A DNA stretch of 53,386 nt from Phoronis australis. Lineage: Eukaryota > Animalia > Phoronida. Location of the stretch: positions 3,267-56,652 of the forward strand of contig NMRA01000478.1 in the NCBI GenBank assembly GCA_002633005.1, given 5' to 3'. Shown here one piece after another: positions 38,812 through 52,541 of this stretch (position 1 is its first letter; the number at the start of each line of letters is the position of its first letter). Both the position numbers and the translations under genes were made by a program. The notes below the pieces were generated by a model. That model saw only the letters and a list, made by a program, of their open reading frames with translations, was not told where the DNA came from and searched no databases.

Positions 38812-39069
38812 CTTGTATTCAAACTGAGGCCCTTCGAACTGTCCACTGATTCCATCCACTTCCACTTGGATTTCTCCAATTACAGGTCGAGGGCTCCGAC
38901 CAGCACGACACGTTATCTTCTTGGACACCACATAATCCGAATCAATAGACTCGCAGCGGACGCCAGCGAGGGTGACAGCATTCTTCACACTTGCTGCACT
39001 GTAGCCCAAGTTGGTCCCCACCAGCGTCACTTTTGTCCCTCCTTCGATAGTTGTGTTAAATACTGAAAC
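38812..39069 (-). CDS. PlexB: Plexin exon 12 (IPT)
   Basis: ctacag|VSVFNTTIEGGTKVTLVGTNLG...CESIDSDYVVSKKITC...FEYK|gtttgt; 258 nt. Confidence 0.93.
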
Positions 39070-39784
39070 CTGTAGTAAGAAGAAGGGGGACATTAGACTT
39101 TTGGGAGGCTTTTAAGGTCAATTTGGCATAATCACTTCCTGTCAGGAAGGCAATTTTAAATTTAAATTGTTTAAATGGTATAAATGCCACTTAAATTCTG
39201 TTCAGTACAACATGATGCGTTCCTGCATTCTTTGGGGGTACTAAGATCACCCTGAGAAGTGGTGGTGTACACAAGTCAAGTTGCTCCATTTTTGCCCATA
39301 CAGGTAACCCAATAATGGCTAGTGGTTGGGACATGTCAACATATCAACACCTGTGGAACTACAGGTTATTTCTTTTCCACTATTACACTTAATTGCTTAC
39401 AATGAAAAAATTCAGTTTTTAAAGACAGGTTTTGTTTTATGGTCCAGTGTCTAAAATTTGGTAGGGAAGATTGTTGCTAAGAAGAGGCAGGTGGTTTTCA
39501 CAAACACCCACCATTATTTCCTAGTCCGAAAACAAAGAAGCCATTCATAAGAATTCAGACGCTGCGGTAACAATACCACCAATCATAGCTACCAGGTAGG
39601 AAACGCAATTTAGCTCAAATTGAACTATGACATATTGAAATACAAATTTCCAAATCTTCATTTTTTGACAAATTAAAATAAAATATCTAGTTTTCACACT
39701 GTAAGGAACAACTCATCACCTTTAATAACACAAGAGGAAAATCTTTACAAAATTCAGTAGAGAAACATGCAGCAAGTAACTAAC

Positions 39785-39930
39785 CCTCTTGATGCTGATG
39801 GTGGGACACGGCGTTCTGTCACCAGATGGTAGATAGACGCACTTGTTGTTCCACGCACAGCGATATGAATCATCGACACTGTGACAGATACCACACTGTG
39901 GTCCCAACAGAGGGCATTTGTACAGCTCCG
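39785..39930 (-). CDS. PlexB: Plexin exon 11 (PSI3)
   Basis: tttcag|(A)ELYKCPLLGPQCGICHS...CAWNNKC...CPTISIKR|gttagt; 146 nt. Confidence 0.9.
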
Positions 39931-40614
39931 CTGAAAGATGTTACGGAATGGTCACCACAAGCAATTAAATCGTGTGGTTTTCAAGTAAAAAAATATCAAG
40001 TTTATTGTTTTAAATAAATTATGTCCCAATTTCAAGAATTTTACAGCAAGAGCACAGAGCAGCACAGTTCGTGCAGTAGCTCCTGCATTCCAGTAATGGC
40101 ATATTAGATATGCATCTACGTTTTGGGCTTGGAAGGAGTAACTAAACTGAATAGTGGCTTAGAATTTTAGGGGGGAGGGTTGGAAATCATTGGGTGTCAT
40201 TGACATGCAATGTCAGTGAAAGCAGCTTCTTGTGAACCCTGCTTGTAGTCATACAACTGCCCTTGTTGGACTGTATAAGTAAACACAGCTCAACAAAGGG
40301 TTTATGGTCCTGGCTAAGAAAATAATCCTTTAATCACCCTGATGGGTTCTGAATAGGGAAGCCTGGATTGTATAGCCTCCACTTTATGTTTTTTAGTAAA
40401 GTTAAGCTAATTCTAGGAAAAATGATTTGCCTACGGAAAAATGGGTAAATTCACAGTAGACATATTTTCACTGCAGGGCATTATCCAGTGGGAAGGTAAC
40501 AACACAAAACTACCTTGTAAGATCAAATGTCACTTTGGAGGAACAATTTTCAATTGACATGTGTAGAAGTCACGCAATGATGACTTTGATGAGCTAACAC
40601 AATGAGAAACAAAC

Positions 40615-40708
40615 CTGTGACGTTCGCTAGGTTGTCAATTTCAAAGATTCCATTCCACACAAGTGAAAAGCGGAAATCTTTCCTTGGGAGATTGTCAACA
40701 TAGGAAAA
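40615..40708 (-). CDS. PlexB: Plexin exon 10
   Basis: tttcag|FSYVDNLP...LVWNGIFEIDNLANVT|gtttgt; 94 nt. Confidence 0.9.
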
Positions 40709-41564
40709 CTGAAAAAAAAATAAGAACTGCAACCAACATTGAAGAATACATCACAATCATAAAGAAGCAAGTGAAGACGTTATAATTTCAAAGATTGCTA
40801 ATCAAAATTTTTATTACACAGCAGGAAGTTAAGACATAACAAACCATTGCCATTACAATAGCCTAATAATCGCCACCAATATCAATAAAATGCCCCACAA
40901 ACTGGTTCTATGATCAAGAAGTCAAATATCCTCCATTGCAAATCATGTCCAATAAGAAATTTTCTCACACAGGTTAAAAACTAGGTGCTGCAACCTTCTG
41001 TCGGATCAATGAAACCCACGCCTCGACGGCAGAACTCAAAACAAGCTCTTCATCACAAGCATTTTTCCAGAATGATGTAAATAGTTCTGTCTATGTCAGG
41101 CACAAACCATCATTTTGGCATTAATTTTGTAACTGCATTTACTAGCCAATTAAAACTGAATGATGGATGATCTTTTGAAATTTCAGTGTACGTATGTAAT
41201 AGCCAAATTTTGTATGCCTGTGATTGGGCAGAATAAACATCAAAGTTCACTCAGTCTGGCATTTTCTATTAGCTGGCAGTCAGAGATGTGTTCCTTCCTC
41301 AAAGTTTGACAAAAATCCGTGATCGCTATTTGATTTGTCACAAAGATAAACTCACCAATTTAGGGCACATTGTAGCAGACAGGAGAAATTTCATTTTTCA
41401 TTTTAAAACGATTGAATGGTACAACTGAATAAATAAATGTTCTATGACATAAATTATACAAGACAATGTTCTGGAAAATTGTGATTATTGACATTGTTTG
41501 CATTTTGGCAATTGTTGTTGTCCAAAATAGTTGAATCTTGGAGATTTAAAAGTGTGACGATTAC

Positions 41565-41669
41565 CACTGTAGTGTCTTCACAAGTTACTTCGTTTCCATT
41601 CACCACTGCAGCAGCACTGAATGTGACATCGTTGGAGTTTAACTTGCACACGAATCCAGTCTGATCAAT
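41565..41669 (-). CDS. PlexB: Plexin exon 9
   Basis: ttgtag|IDQTGFVCKL...EVTCEDTTV|gtaatc; 105 nt. Confidence 0.88.
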
Positions 41670-42513
41670 CTACAATGGAAAACGAGACAGTGTAAGCGAG
41701 CAATTATGATGCAAAGGTTCTCTTCTTAGTTACTTTTGTTTGAAGGTTTCTTCATGAAGATTGAGAAAGAGATGTGAATGGTAAGTACTACACACCACCA
41801 GTTGAATTCATAAGTATTATAGCTAACCAACATTTACTTGCTGCTGGTGACAACATAATGCTGTTGGATGATGACATTCAAGTGACCGTCCAAAGTGGCA
41901 TCCACATTACCAGCTGCCATAGAGTAAAGTTAAGTTGAGTAATAGTGTGGAAGCTACTTGCATGGGGGTAACTTGTCACGCGTGACAATTTTCCCCCACC
42001 TTGATGGCCATGTCTTGGTTGGGATGTTTGTCATTATATGGCATGGGAAAGAGCCAGAAAGTTATAATGAATTGTTTGGTTACTTTGCTTGACACCTTGT
42101 AGTGTTGTGTTTGTCAAAAAAATAGTGTGCAACGCATCCATTGCAATCTGTTCTTATGGTCGCAGCAATTATGCCACAAAGGCATTTCTCAATAGATGGT
42201 GCAGTATACAGATGCATTTTTCAACTTCATTCAACCAAATGCTCGAATGTCACTAGGTTGTGTTAACCAATGACAACCCTTGTCAAATCACCTTTCAGAG
42301 CTCTTATATTTCCTAGCAATGAGAAAGAGAGCATGATGAAAATCCTACACATGGCTGTCTATTCCTTTATGCGCCATATGTATTGTAAGGTATAGGGTGT
42401 GCAGTTTGGATGCTCAGGTGACTGGGGGTAAGTTGTTCTAGAGAAACAGGACTCTAATGGACTGGCTGCCAGTGCAGGAACAAAAAGGGAACCACGTCAT
42501 CATCACAACTTAC

Positions 42514-42727
42514 CATGGGGTTTGGCAGCTCTTTCACCTTCACTACAAACTTTTTCTTGAACCCACTTGGCAGAACAATCTTTTGAGTGGATGGATCGAT
42601 GCGTGGGCACTTGTCATCCGTAGATACAATGCCTGGCTGACAGGTGGCGTTGTCCGACGCATGCACGCACTTGTGGTTGAAAATGCACCAATGACAACCC
42701 CACTTGCTCTGAGTACAAGAGGTGCAC
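42514..42727 (-). CDS. PlexB: Plexin exon 8 (PSI2)
   Basis: ttacag|CTSCTQSKWGCHWC...CPRID...VLPSG...ELPNPM|gtaagt; 214 nt. Confidence 0.93.
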
Positions 42728-43589
42728 CTGTAATGGAGAATGTGGCATATATTCTATCATCAGCCATTACCCAACAATCGCATTTAAGATGTGTTTTCTT
42801 TGTACTAAGCTCAGCAGTGAGTAAATGTCTGTAAGAAGTGCAGATCACTTTGACATTGTAAGATATTCACTGGTCACTTTGAAAATGCAAATCAGTGCAC
42901 CTTGGTGTACAACTTGAAAAATAAACGAAACTTAATTCATCAAATCTTGGTTATAGGCAATATCTGTATCTTGTTCATGTGAATTGCCAAGTGCGCTTTT
43001 TTTTTGCTTATTTCTGGATTAAAGGAATAGCACATCTAGTTGCATGGAGAGGTATTGAGTAGCACCCACAGGCTGTACACATTCATTTATTAATAACCAA
43101 TAGCCGTTTAAAATACTACTTCAAACGACGTCCAACAAATTTTGTGAAAATGTGTTTTGTATGAAAACTGTCATCAAAAAAACTTTGAACGGAGAATAAC
43201 GGTCGACTTTCTGACAAATTAGACTAAATTTTCACCTCCTTATTTCCTTCCCATAAGCCCTGACCTACTTACTACCACAACATTGTGTACCAGCAAAATA
43301 GGCTTGCTTGTCAAGTTTAATCGACTGTAATACTCGATCAGATTGTGATGATGGAATGGTGTGTAAGTCTAACAGTTTCTGCGTTATTTATTTGAAATGA
43401 ATGGCAGATTTAGGATATGTCACGGAGGGGCCCAGTCACAATTTCCTAAAGAATAAAATGCTCAAGTAAACCTTAAAATGGTATGCTGCATGACTGGACG
43501 GGGGGTCGTAAACTCACCCAAGAAACACTCAGCATTTAGTAAATAGACAGCAACCAACTTATCTCCCCTGGAGTATTTTGAATACTTAC

Positions 43590-43686
43590 ATGGTGAGCGA
43601 CTCGCACGAGAAAAATGTGAAATTCTTGATGACGAGTGCTGTTCCAGTTTCAGTAGAATTCACAGAGAGGGGCACAACAATATGAT
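43590..43686 (-). CDS. PlexB: Plexin exon 7
   Basis: ttgcag|(D)HIVVPLSVNSTETGTALVIKNFTFFSCESLT|gtaagt; 97 nt. Confidence 0.9.
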
Positions 43687-44273
43687 CTGCAAAGAGATAT
43701 GAGATTTTCATGTTGTATTCAGTCAAGCATAGGTAGTTGTATGATCTCATCATCTGACTACACTGTATCTAGTTCGAGCTGGAAAAATAATCAAACATAG
43801 TTGTTCCGTTTCTGAAACATGCAGCATTCAATTAGCCAGAACTACTAACGTTTCTTTTTCAGAACCCATTCTAAACCTTGAGGTTAATTTTTGGGACTGA
43901 GGGAAATTTTGTGCATTTTTTTTCAGGACTATGGGGATGATCTGTATCCAAACTTTAGGCATCATGGGCTTAATGAATACTATGTTAAACAAGAGCAGCC
44001 TGCATGGCCTTGTGTTTAAAACAACCCAAGACAGTACAATAAATACAAGGAAACACATACTACATTTTCTATTTTCTCCAATTCAATTCGTCTGTACATA
44101 ACTCCCATTTCCTAAACTCTTTTGGGTTTTTGAACATTCTAAACACATTTAAAAGTTAAGACTTGCTACTAAGGCTTTAGATGAAATTCTGAATTTTACT
44201 GAAGTTTAACGAAGTAAAGTTAATGCTCATTTACACATCGAAAACAGGAAATGAGAAAAACAAGTTGAAATAC

Positions 44274-44421
44274 CATTTTGTCGTTGCTCTGGAATGCGCA
44301 TGCGATCAGGGGTGTCGCAACGCACACCAGTGGGCGTCCTGGTGGCAGGCATGGAGACATGGTTGGCGAACACACACGTGTAAGTTAGGTCGTCCAACAA
44401 TTGCGCAATGGTCAGAGTCAA
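44274..44421 (-). CDS. PlexB: Plexin exon 6 (IPT/TIG)
   Basis: ctttag|LTLTIAQL...YTCVF...GVRCDTP...QN|gtattt; 148 nt. Confidence 0.9.
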
Positions 44422-45040
44422 CTAAAGACAAACAAGAGAGTGTGCTATGTACAACGTAACACAGAAACAGGAATACAGCTCAAGACAAAAGTAATCAGAC
44501 AATTACAATTTCTCCCAGCGAGATGTCTAATTCAGCAAATATTTAGTGAATAAATTAGACACTTAACAAACTTTACAGTTATTTCCTCGTCATTTTTGAT
44601 CACGAGGGAAAACTGATGTGACGATGACATCGGCTTTTTTCAGTGGTCATGAAGAGGAATATTGGGTCATTTTGTCCGAATAATTTTGGCTTGAACTGTA
44701 AGCCAAGATTGTCTTTAGCAATATGAGGACTAATTTACATATCCATAGAGATGAACAACACGCGACACAAATAGCAAGTTAGAGTAATGGAGTGAAAATG
44801 ACAACCAGTGTGTATTAACAAGGCGAGTGTCTTAAGGACATGTGCATAAGTCGAGAACTGTCACATTAAGAGTCTTGCAATTGACTAGCATTATTAGATG
44901 CACGTATATTAAAAAATAAAACATTTTTATAGCATGCTAATTACAAAGTTATCTCTGTTTTTTTGAAGATTGCCCCATGTAAAGCTTCAACAAATTACAA
45001 CATGTAAGTGTCTGTTTTGATTCTGTATCCTAAGACTCAC

Positions 45041-45179
45041 TGTAATGGGGTCAGCATTCCTCGACAGTCGATCAGTCGGTTCAATTTTGGAAAACAGGAT
45101 GCATTGTGCAGGGTCACCATCATAGGGGTACCATTTCTTAGGAACACCAGCATACTGGCACTGTGTGGACAAAGAACAC
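45041..45179 (-). CDS. PlexB: Plexin exon 5
   Basis: tttcag|CSLSTQCQY...WYPY...QCILFSKIEP...DPIT|gtgagt; 139 nt. Confidence 0.9.
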
Positions 45180-45731
45180 CTGAAACAAAACATAAGAACG
45201 CCAATTTAAAATAACATCCGTTTTACGATAGAATTAGTGGTTACTCACTGAATTGGTCTCTGACGCTATAGATGGCAGTGTAGTATTTTGCAGACAATGA
45301 TTACTAATAGTAAATGCCTCCTCAGTTAATATGTGATGTGAATGCAGGTCTCTAACTCATGGAGACTAGATAATGATATACTTTGCAATCACATCAAATT
45401 ACTATTACTGCGTGCATGTAGATAACTGACTTTATACTCAGCTCAGCTTACGCACTGTCTTGTTCTAGCCACTGATGACTTTTGTGGCAGAATAGGAAAC
45501 AGGGTAGCAGGCGAATTGGGCTGACACTGTAGGTGATCAGTTGCATGACCAAATGAGCAAAGAAAACTGCTTTACGTAAAGGTTTTAATGGTCCGTACGG
45601 AAACAGATTAGTAATGGCTTACGTAGTACGGTAAATGATTGCCAAGGTTTCAATCATCACATCATGCTTTACTCCATATGGAGATTTTTTTGCCGCAGCT
45701 CAGTGCAAGTCATTTCAGTTATATCACTCAC

Positions 45732-45832
45732 TTGTTCTCCAGGGTACACCACCCGCAGTGAGGGTCGCGTGCCGCCACACAGTCACGGCATGAAGTGAAC
45801 CTGTCACATTCATATGTTGGCACTTTGTGAAG
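45732..45832 (-). CDS. PlexB: Plexin exon 4 (PSI1)
   Basis: tttcag|LHKVPTYECDRFTSCRDCVAARDPHCGWCTLEN(K)|gtgagt; 101 nt. Confidence 0.93.
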
Positions 45833-46622
45833 CTGAAATGGATTAGAAATTTGTGATCAGAAAAATTGTTACAACCCGGCTTGGATCATGAACAAGAGCA
45901 ATGCAGGGTGTTGAAATGCACCTGCACCAACACGACAAGCAATATGCATCTAGAGACGTAGTATCATAAAATGGATAGGTATGTGGTGCACAACACTCGA
46001 GCCAACCAAAAATGTGAATACGTTGTCGTATCCTTGCAGATCCGCCCAAAAATCACCCTTTATCACCCTCGTAGAAAAACACTTGATAAAATTCACAAAG
46101 ATCTCTGAAGGGGTAAAGGAGATACAGATGCAGAAACAAAATTGTCACCAGCAGACACTATAGTTATCTGACCCTTAGGAAAATCAATGTAACTCATGAT
46201 CTCTCGGCAAGAACACCCCTAATTCCTATAATGATACTTTATGCGCAGCCGCAAAGAAAGAGGCGGACATTACAAAAACATGTAACTTAAATGGTGGTGC
46301 AAAATATTTCAAATCCATCCGAAAATTAATAGCTAAAAATGTAGCACAGCAGCTGAATCCACCCAACCTCCATTTAGAAACATCTGCCAAAAGCCAAAGC
46401 ATCCAGACATCCGAACGCTGAAGACAGATGATAGCGGTACGTGAACACATTTGTATATGAGGGCGTACGGAAATTGGGGGAATTTAGTCTTGACAATGGC
46501 AAAAAACGTTTAAAATTTGACAAATGACGCTTAAGTTTAAGGAAAAAAACGCATTAAGCATCAATGGAAGGTAGAAATTTAAGTCAAAATGGAGATAGAG
46601 TCAAATGCCTTTAATCTTATAC

Positions 46623-46754
46623 CTTTTCTCCTGACATAACGTATAGATTCTCCATCCTTGCATCAAACAGCATGTCCTGCATTACACTGCTGTTTCCAAG
46701 AGTAATGTTCTTGAATGTACTGGTGCTGACACTGGTGGCTGGTTTTAAATGAAT
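46623..46754 (-). CDS. PlexB: Plexin exon 3 (end of Sema)
   Basis: tcacag|IHLKPATS...VMQDMLFDARMENLYVMSGEK|gtataa; 132 nt; absent from the ORF track. Confidence 0.88.
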
Positions 46755-47467
46755 CTGTGAACAAAAAACAAACACATTATTACAAACTTAAGATTTGCAT
46801 GACTCTAGAAATCAGTTACATTCCCTCAGGCAAATCTATCCAAAGAAGTACACCAATGTCACAAAATACTCTTGACACCCATAGAAAAAGTATCCTAGCT
46901 CATAATACCAACTAAAAAAACCAAAACGTTCTTCATATGAAGACCTAACTACAGTTAGTATCTAAGCAAAAAGTGCTGAAATGTGCCCACAACAGCCCCA
47001 CAAATGATATGCTTCGAGGGGTGTTTATTAGTATTATAAAAATAGTCATTAGATAGCACACAATACGTCAAATCCTTCCGAAATCAAGCTGTTGTCATGT
47101 CCCTAATGGAAAACTATTTGCCAATTTCCACACAAAAATCTATCTCGGAAGGCAAAAACACAGGCAAACGTAAAAAACAAAAAGCCATAAGAAGGAACAA
47201 GAGTAGTCACATCCATTCATCTGTTGTTAGGTTATTTGGCATACACTCGCCAAATTTCCAAAAGATGTTGCTAAGGAAGTAGAAAATACGGCCACAGATG
47301 CAAATAATGCCACTAGCGGGCACCACAGTAATTGGACACATCTGAAAATTCATGTCATTCGTTATCCTCTCGGTGGCACTTTTCGTTTAACCCTTCTATA
47401 GAAATGCCCTCTGTGTTGACACGGCATGAATCCGGCTACTCCTTATCCTTTTTATTACAATACAATG

Positions 47468-47525
47468 CTGTTACTACTGTTACTGATTTTACAGCCATTA
47501 CTACTATTACTGCTATTACTACTAT
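47468..47525. repeat. Degenerate TAC/TTA low-complexity repeat
   Basis: ctgttactactgttact...attactactattactgctattactactat. Confidence 0.55.
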
Positions 47526-48179
47526 ATGTTAGCCAAAATACCAGGTCATTGTTTCTGTTGCGCTTCCCAAGGGAAGTGTGTTTACTGTAATGCCGGATAC
47601 ACAATTGGTTTATGACCTGTGAGCGCCAACAAAAAATTGCCGGAACACATTAACAATAAAAACTTGCTGCGCATTCCAGGAAAGTTGTGGAAACGTCAGG
47701 ATTTGAGACTGTACCAAGAAACTACCCATGTTTAAAAAAACAATGGAAAGCACATAGGGACACATCTATAAACTCGAGCTGGCACATTTGACCGAATGGC
47801 ATTCAAACAATCCAAGAAAGGAGACGTGGAGTGCGTACACCGTTTTGCCTCGTGTGACAAGCACCATGCATATTCATGAACTATGACATCGCTTTCGTAA
47901 AATGTAACAATGGTACATTTTTGCATGTGCATTCCACGAAAATTGTAACAATTACATAAAAGGTACAGCTTTTTACATTTTAGGAGAGGCCTAGCAGCAT
48001 ATATTGTGACAGTTGTTACATTTTACGAAATCGTTAATTTTTCAGGGCACATAAAGATACAACCTAAAATGCTTATTTGAAATGTTCAAAAATTGGGAAT
48101 GCTCAAATTCACGAGCCTCAAAGAATCAGACACGTGCTTGCAAGTGTCATAATAACATCACGTGAACTGCTTTACGTAC

Positions 48180-48398
48180 CTTCTTCAACACACCAGTGGG
48201 GGTTCCAGCATAAGCCACCGTGTGTTCTTCTACCGTCTTGATTGCAACAGAAGTAAGTATAGAGTCCGCCTCTACCATAAATGCCGACGAAACAGGAATG
48301 GTTCCAACAATGGGAGAGTTGTAAATGTAGTCCAAATTGGAACTAAGCTGGGCACAGGATATGGTGGAGTAATCAGTGCGATATTTACCGCTCATCCT
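48180..48398 (-). CDS. PlexB: Plexin exon 2 (Sema)
   Basis: ttccag|RMSGKY...LTSVAIKTVEEHTVAYAGTPTGVLKK|gtacgt; 219 nt. Confidence 0.9.
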
Positions 48399-48605
48399 CT
48401 GGAAAGCATAAATGAATTTCATATGAGAGATCCAAACTCGCCCAACACCCATCCTCCACCACTGCCACAATCCTCACCACAGCCACTTAGAACTCCAATA
48501 GTGCACTGCAATGAAACACTGCCTGTCCTTACAGAGATCAGACATCAATTCCAATGACATCACAAGACCCAGTTTTATTACAATGAGTGTTAAAAACCAA
48601 ACAAA

Positions 48606-49041
48606 AGGCCCGTTCATACTGATGTGTTGGGAGTTGCAGTCAGTATAAACAGTTAACTTCAGTTCTGGATGGAAACTAACAGGTCAAGTTAACAGCAGAG
48701 CGTTGATGCTAAGGCACGGTACAAACCTTCAGATTCATTCCCATCCAAGTTATTGCCACTGCTATTGTCAACAAAGTGCAGTGTTGTCGCTACTATTTGT
48801 CATCTTGCTCACATACTAATAACCAGCCAAATTAGAAATAAATTTTATGTCAATTGTCACATATAAATGTTATCAACTGGTCCTATTAAAAATGCACACA
48901 GAACAAAAAGATTGTCGTTTTTCAATCTCGCTTTTACTTTGATCCTGTCAACTACCGATGCTTGTCTGAATGGTTCAAATAACTTCACATTTTACATCGA
49001 CGCTCCGCTCACATCAGAGTTAAGTTAGTATGAAAGGGCCT
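48606..49041. mobile_element. 436-bp MITE (PIF/Harbinger-like termini) in coding intron 1
   Basis: TIR aggcccgttcatact ... agtatgaaagggcct (1 mismatch in 15), plus an inner ctgatgtg/cacatcag pair; flanked by aaa on both sides. Confidence 0.6.
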
Positions 49042-49651
49042 AAAGAATTACAATAATGGTCCTTTTTAGTTTGTTTAAAGATAATGAAACACTACTTCAG
49101 GAGAAAATACCACAGCATAAATACAGCCAGTAGCCAGTGACCAAAAGGCAGTCAGATCGTGTACTGGAGTCTGCTTTCCAATTGCAATGTCTTACATTAC
49201 CATTTGTCAGCTGTTGTTACAAAACTTACTTGGATTATTAAACAATCGTCCTATGTTCTATACAACTGAATTACACAAGAATTTACTGTCTCAACATAAG
49301 TGACACTTGGGCCCAAGTTGTATGGGTTCAAGTGTACCTTCCAGTCAGTCAGCGACACACAGCTGCTTCATGCAGCTGAAAGTCATGTCAACATGCTGAC
49401 TTAATTTGCACCACCAGGTCAGGATTGAGTGTGGAACACTGTTGGTAAATATTTTGAACTCACGACTACTCAAAACAATCCCTTTCAGAGTATAATGCAT
49501 ACCTTGCAATTACAAAATTACCAAAGATAACACATAACAGCAAAATTTTGTTTCTGAATGTTTCTGCCAGTAAGTAGCCTCACCTCATTACAGAAAGGGT
49601 AAGTGTTTTAACTAAAGGTATGCAAAATCAAGTATTAAAATAAAGCCATAC

Positions 49652-50677
49652 CCTACACCTTCGGCTTCCCGTTGAATACATAAAAGCATTGGTTGGTCTT
49701 CCGTTTTGGAAGCACTCATTGCCGTTCTCGTTGATCTTTGTCAAAATGTCTGTAAACTTGAAAATGCATATGGCTGACTTATCAGACATTCCCGCTTTGT
49801 TGAAGACAGTCACCAGCACATCCTCCTGAGCACTGACAACTACATCTGTTGCAAGATGGCTGCCAAGTTTTTCCAAGGTTCCAGATTGAATAGCATCATA
49901 CTCCGTGTTCCCACGCTTACACTGCAAAGGTATTTCTATGTAGGAATAGTATGTAGGATCGTCATCACAAATCCGAGCAATCTTGGAGATGGAATTTGAG
50001 GTACCTGGTATCTCAAAGAGAAAGTAAGTGTATTTTCCAATATGAAACCCAAACTTGTATGACAGGACAGACGGCGGTGTTGTAAATGCCAACTTAGAAA
50101 CACCAAGCTGAAATGGTGATCCAGAACTTAGCTTTCGAGTGGATATTGCCGGTACACTGCTCACTTGTCTCTGGTTTCCTCTAGTAAAAGTCACCCCAAC
50201 ACAAAGGGCATCCTTGCCAGGGACAACAACACCAACGGTTGATGCTTCTGGTGTGTTGGCCGCTACCATTGTCACGCGGCTACGATAAGCTGTGTAATCA
50301 CTAATATTGTCGAGTGACCGAATCTCACATGTCCCTTGGTATACATTGCCACAGGTAATGAGACCGCTGTCATGCACAGCCAGTATTTTGTTGTGGTTGT
50401 CCGTTGGTACCTTTGTTTTTTCTGTAGTACAACCAGTAGGCAGGCAATCTTTACTGTCCAAAACAGGCCCTGTGGAGACATTCTGTAAAACTTTCAAATC
50501 TCCGTCAATCACATAAATGTGATTAACAGCACCTACAGCCAATTTGCCATTGTCAAGTTTTAAAATATGGTTGAGAACTGTGGGGGTCTCTAACACAGAA
50601 CCTGTACATATCATCGACGCCATCCCTACCACAGCCAACAGGGCAGACATGCACATTGTTCTGTTTAATTTCACCAT
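49652..50677 (-). CDS. PlexB: Plexin coding exon 1: signal peptide + most of the Sema domain
   Basis: MVKLNRTMCMSALLAVVG...LAVGAVNHIY...DNHNKIL...CGNVYQGTC...ARICDDD..YYSYIEIPLQC...SAICIF. Donor AGG|GTATGG, phase 0. Acceptor ttttcag|AT at 50752 gives a 75-nt 5'UTR part. Confidence 0.95.
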
Positions 50678-52541
50678 TGTTGCACAACAGTTTTCACAGA
50701 CTTGACATCCCCATTGAATGGAAACCTCCTGGGCTCAGATCTTACAACTTATCTGAAAATAAGAACAGCTCAGTTAATAGAACATAATTAAAAGTTGCAA
50801 CAAGCGTTCAGGTGTATTCATCAAGGTGTGACAAGCCAAGAAGTATGGATTTTAAAACAAATTTTGCAAGGCAATACTTGTGTACATGGATTTCAGTTAG
50901 CTTCAGCCTTCACAAAGGGCATATCGCACCAAATAAATCCATTGAAACAACAGAATATCACTAATTCAAAACATAATCTGGCAAAAAGTTGAAGTTTATT
51001 CTTTATTTTACACAAAAGAAAAGTAAACTGCAATGTTGAAAGGCTTTGAAACATGAAAAAGGTCAGCTTTGGTAATTACTTTTGTCAAAAATTATTTTTG
51101 TTTGAAATGGTTTCAATCCCAATTTGTTTTGGGGTGCAATTATTTTTTTCCGAATTTTGTCTTAACTTATTTTTGACCAAAATTGTTTTCACCTGAAACT
51201 GGAAATACATTCGCGTTCCTGATTCCATTGACATCTTTAGTTGGAAAATCCCACGACAAAGGTTTTTTGTTATTATTGTATACTTAACAAATTATTCTAT
51301 GCAAGCTGTAACCAGTATAAAACAAAGACAAGGGTACAGTGTGTAAGATAGAGTTTGTGTCATTTCTGCACATTTACTATGAACAAATCACTAGCACAGG
51401 TGCATGAAGAGTGGGGTTATAATCAATCCAGTCATTCTAGGGCTCCAGAGGGCCCAAGCTAGAAAAAAATTGCAACAAAAGGTTTCTTTTTGCATAAACG
51501 GCATCTTCAAACATCTCTTGGTGACAGAAAAAAATTCTACCGAAATCGGAATGGCGGAAGTCAGTTTTTCAAGATGGCGGAAAAATGGCTGCCAAAACCA
51601 GTGTTTACTGCTTTTTGGCATGTTACTCTTATGCAACAGCTCAAAATAACACAGTAAAGCTTGTCATTGGTTGTATACTTTTCATAACAGGCATACCTAT
51701 CAAAAGATGGCAATTTTCCATAAAATAAAACCAATATGGCCGCAAAATGGCGGCCGAAACGACAATTTGGTACATGTTGCAAAATTTCTTTTCATATTTT
51801 GCCCTGAAAATGGCAAACTTTTCTATGCATTTGTAAGTTAGACAACTGAAAATATCTGGACCTTACAGATGGTCGCTGATTGGAGAGAAAAACATCAAGA
51901 TGACTGACAAAATGGCCGCCAACTCACAAATAACTCCAATTTACCGCATATGCATTCTGCAAACTTTGTTTGTAACCCGAGAAGAATTTACACAAAAACA
52001 TTTTACAACCTACAGTTAGGCTTAATGAGTTGATTCTTTATAAAGTTTGTTTTTAAGATTTAGATACTTAATGTGGAATTTTAATCACATTTTAGATTAT
52101 TTAACGTAAAATTTTGTGTTTTTCAGAAAAGGCTTTAGTCAAATTTTCATAAGGAATTTCACAAACTCAATTATTTTTCTGCAAAATATATTAATTTGAG
52201 GCATCAAAACAATATTTGTTAGAAGAATATGTAATTCTGATCTAATTATTGGCTTATTCAGTACACAAACCCTGAATCACATTAGGCGGGAAGTGGCTGT
52301 GCTCTCTACTATTGGAGATGTTATCAGTTGTTCCCATGTAAAGATTTCGTCTGCTACTAACATGAGTGGAGAATTTGGCAGCAGATTTCACCTGAATTTG
52401 ATGAAAAATAAATAAATTTGTGTAACAAAAAGCTAAATTTTTGAGTGTTTAGCATTAAGTACTCAAAATTGGTGTAATATGCATGCTTTTTATGAACATA
52501 GGTAACTGACTTGAGAGGAAATTAGTGTCAGCAAACCAAAT

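Larger units (their letters stand above)
13206..50677 (-). other. PlexB: Complete plexin gene (Plexin-B-like), 29 coding exons, 1831 aa; span from start codon to stop codon
   Basis: Exons hand-assembled at GT-AG sites with consistent phases; total 5496 nt. Sema, PSI (CRDCVAARDPHCGWC), IPT, TM and plexin cytoplasmic motifs ([47 protein letters not shown]) are present. EWRQGRGGHLTL, EIFLTRLL and LLFAKDIP resemble protostome PlexB rather than PlexA; the class call is from recall and less certain than the family call. Confidence 0.92.

Noticed and set aside
49585-49612. Possible micro-exon (tttag|...TACCCTTTCTGTAATGAG|gtgagg; YPFCNE resembles the FC motif of Sema domains)
   Set aside because: It is 28 nt (frame-breaking), has a TAA in the FCNE frame and needs a 39-nt intron; exons 1 and 2 already join in frame.
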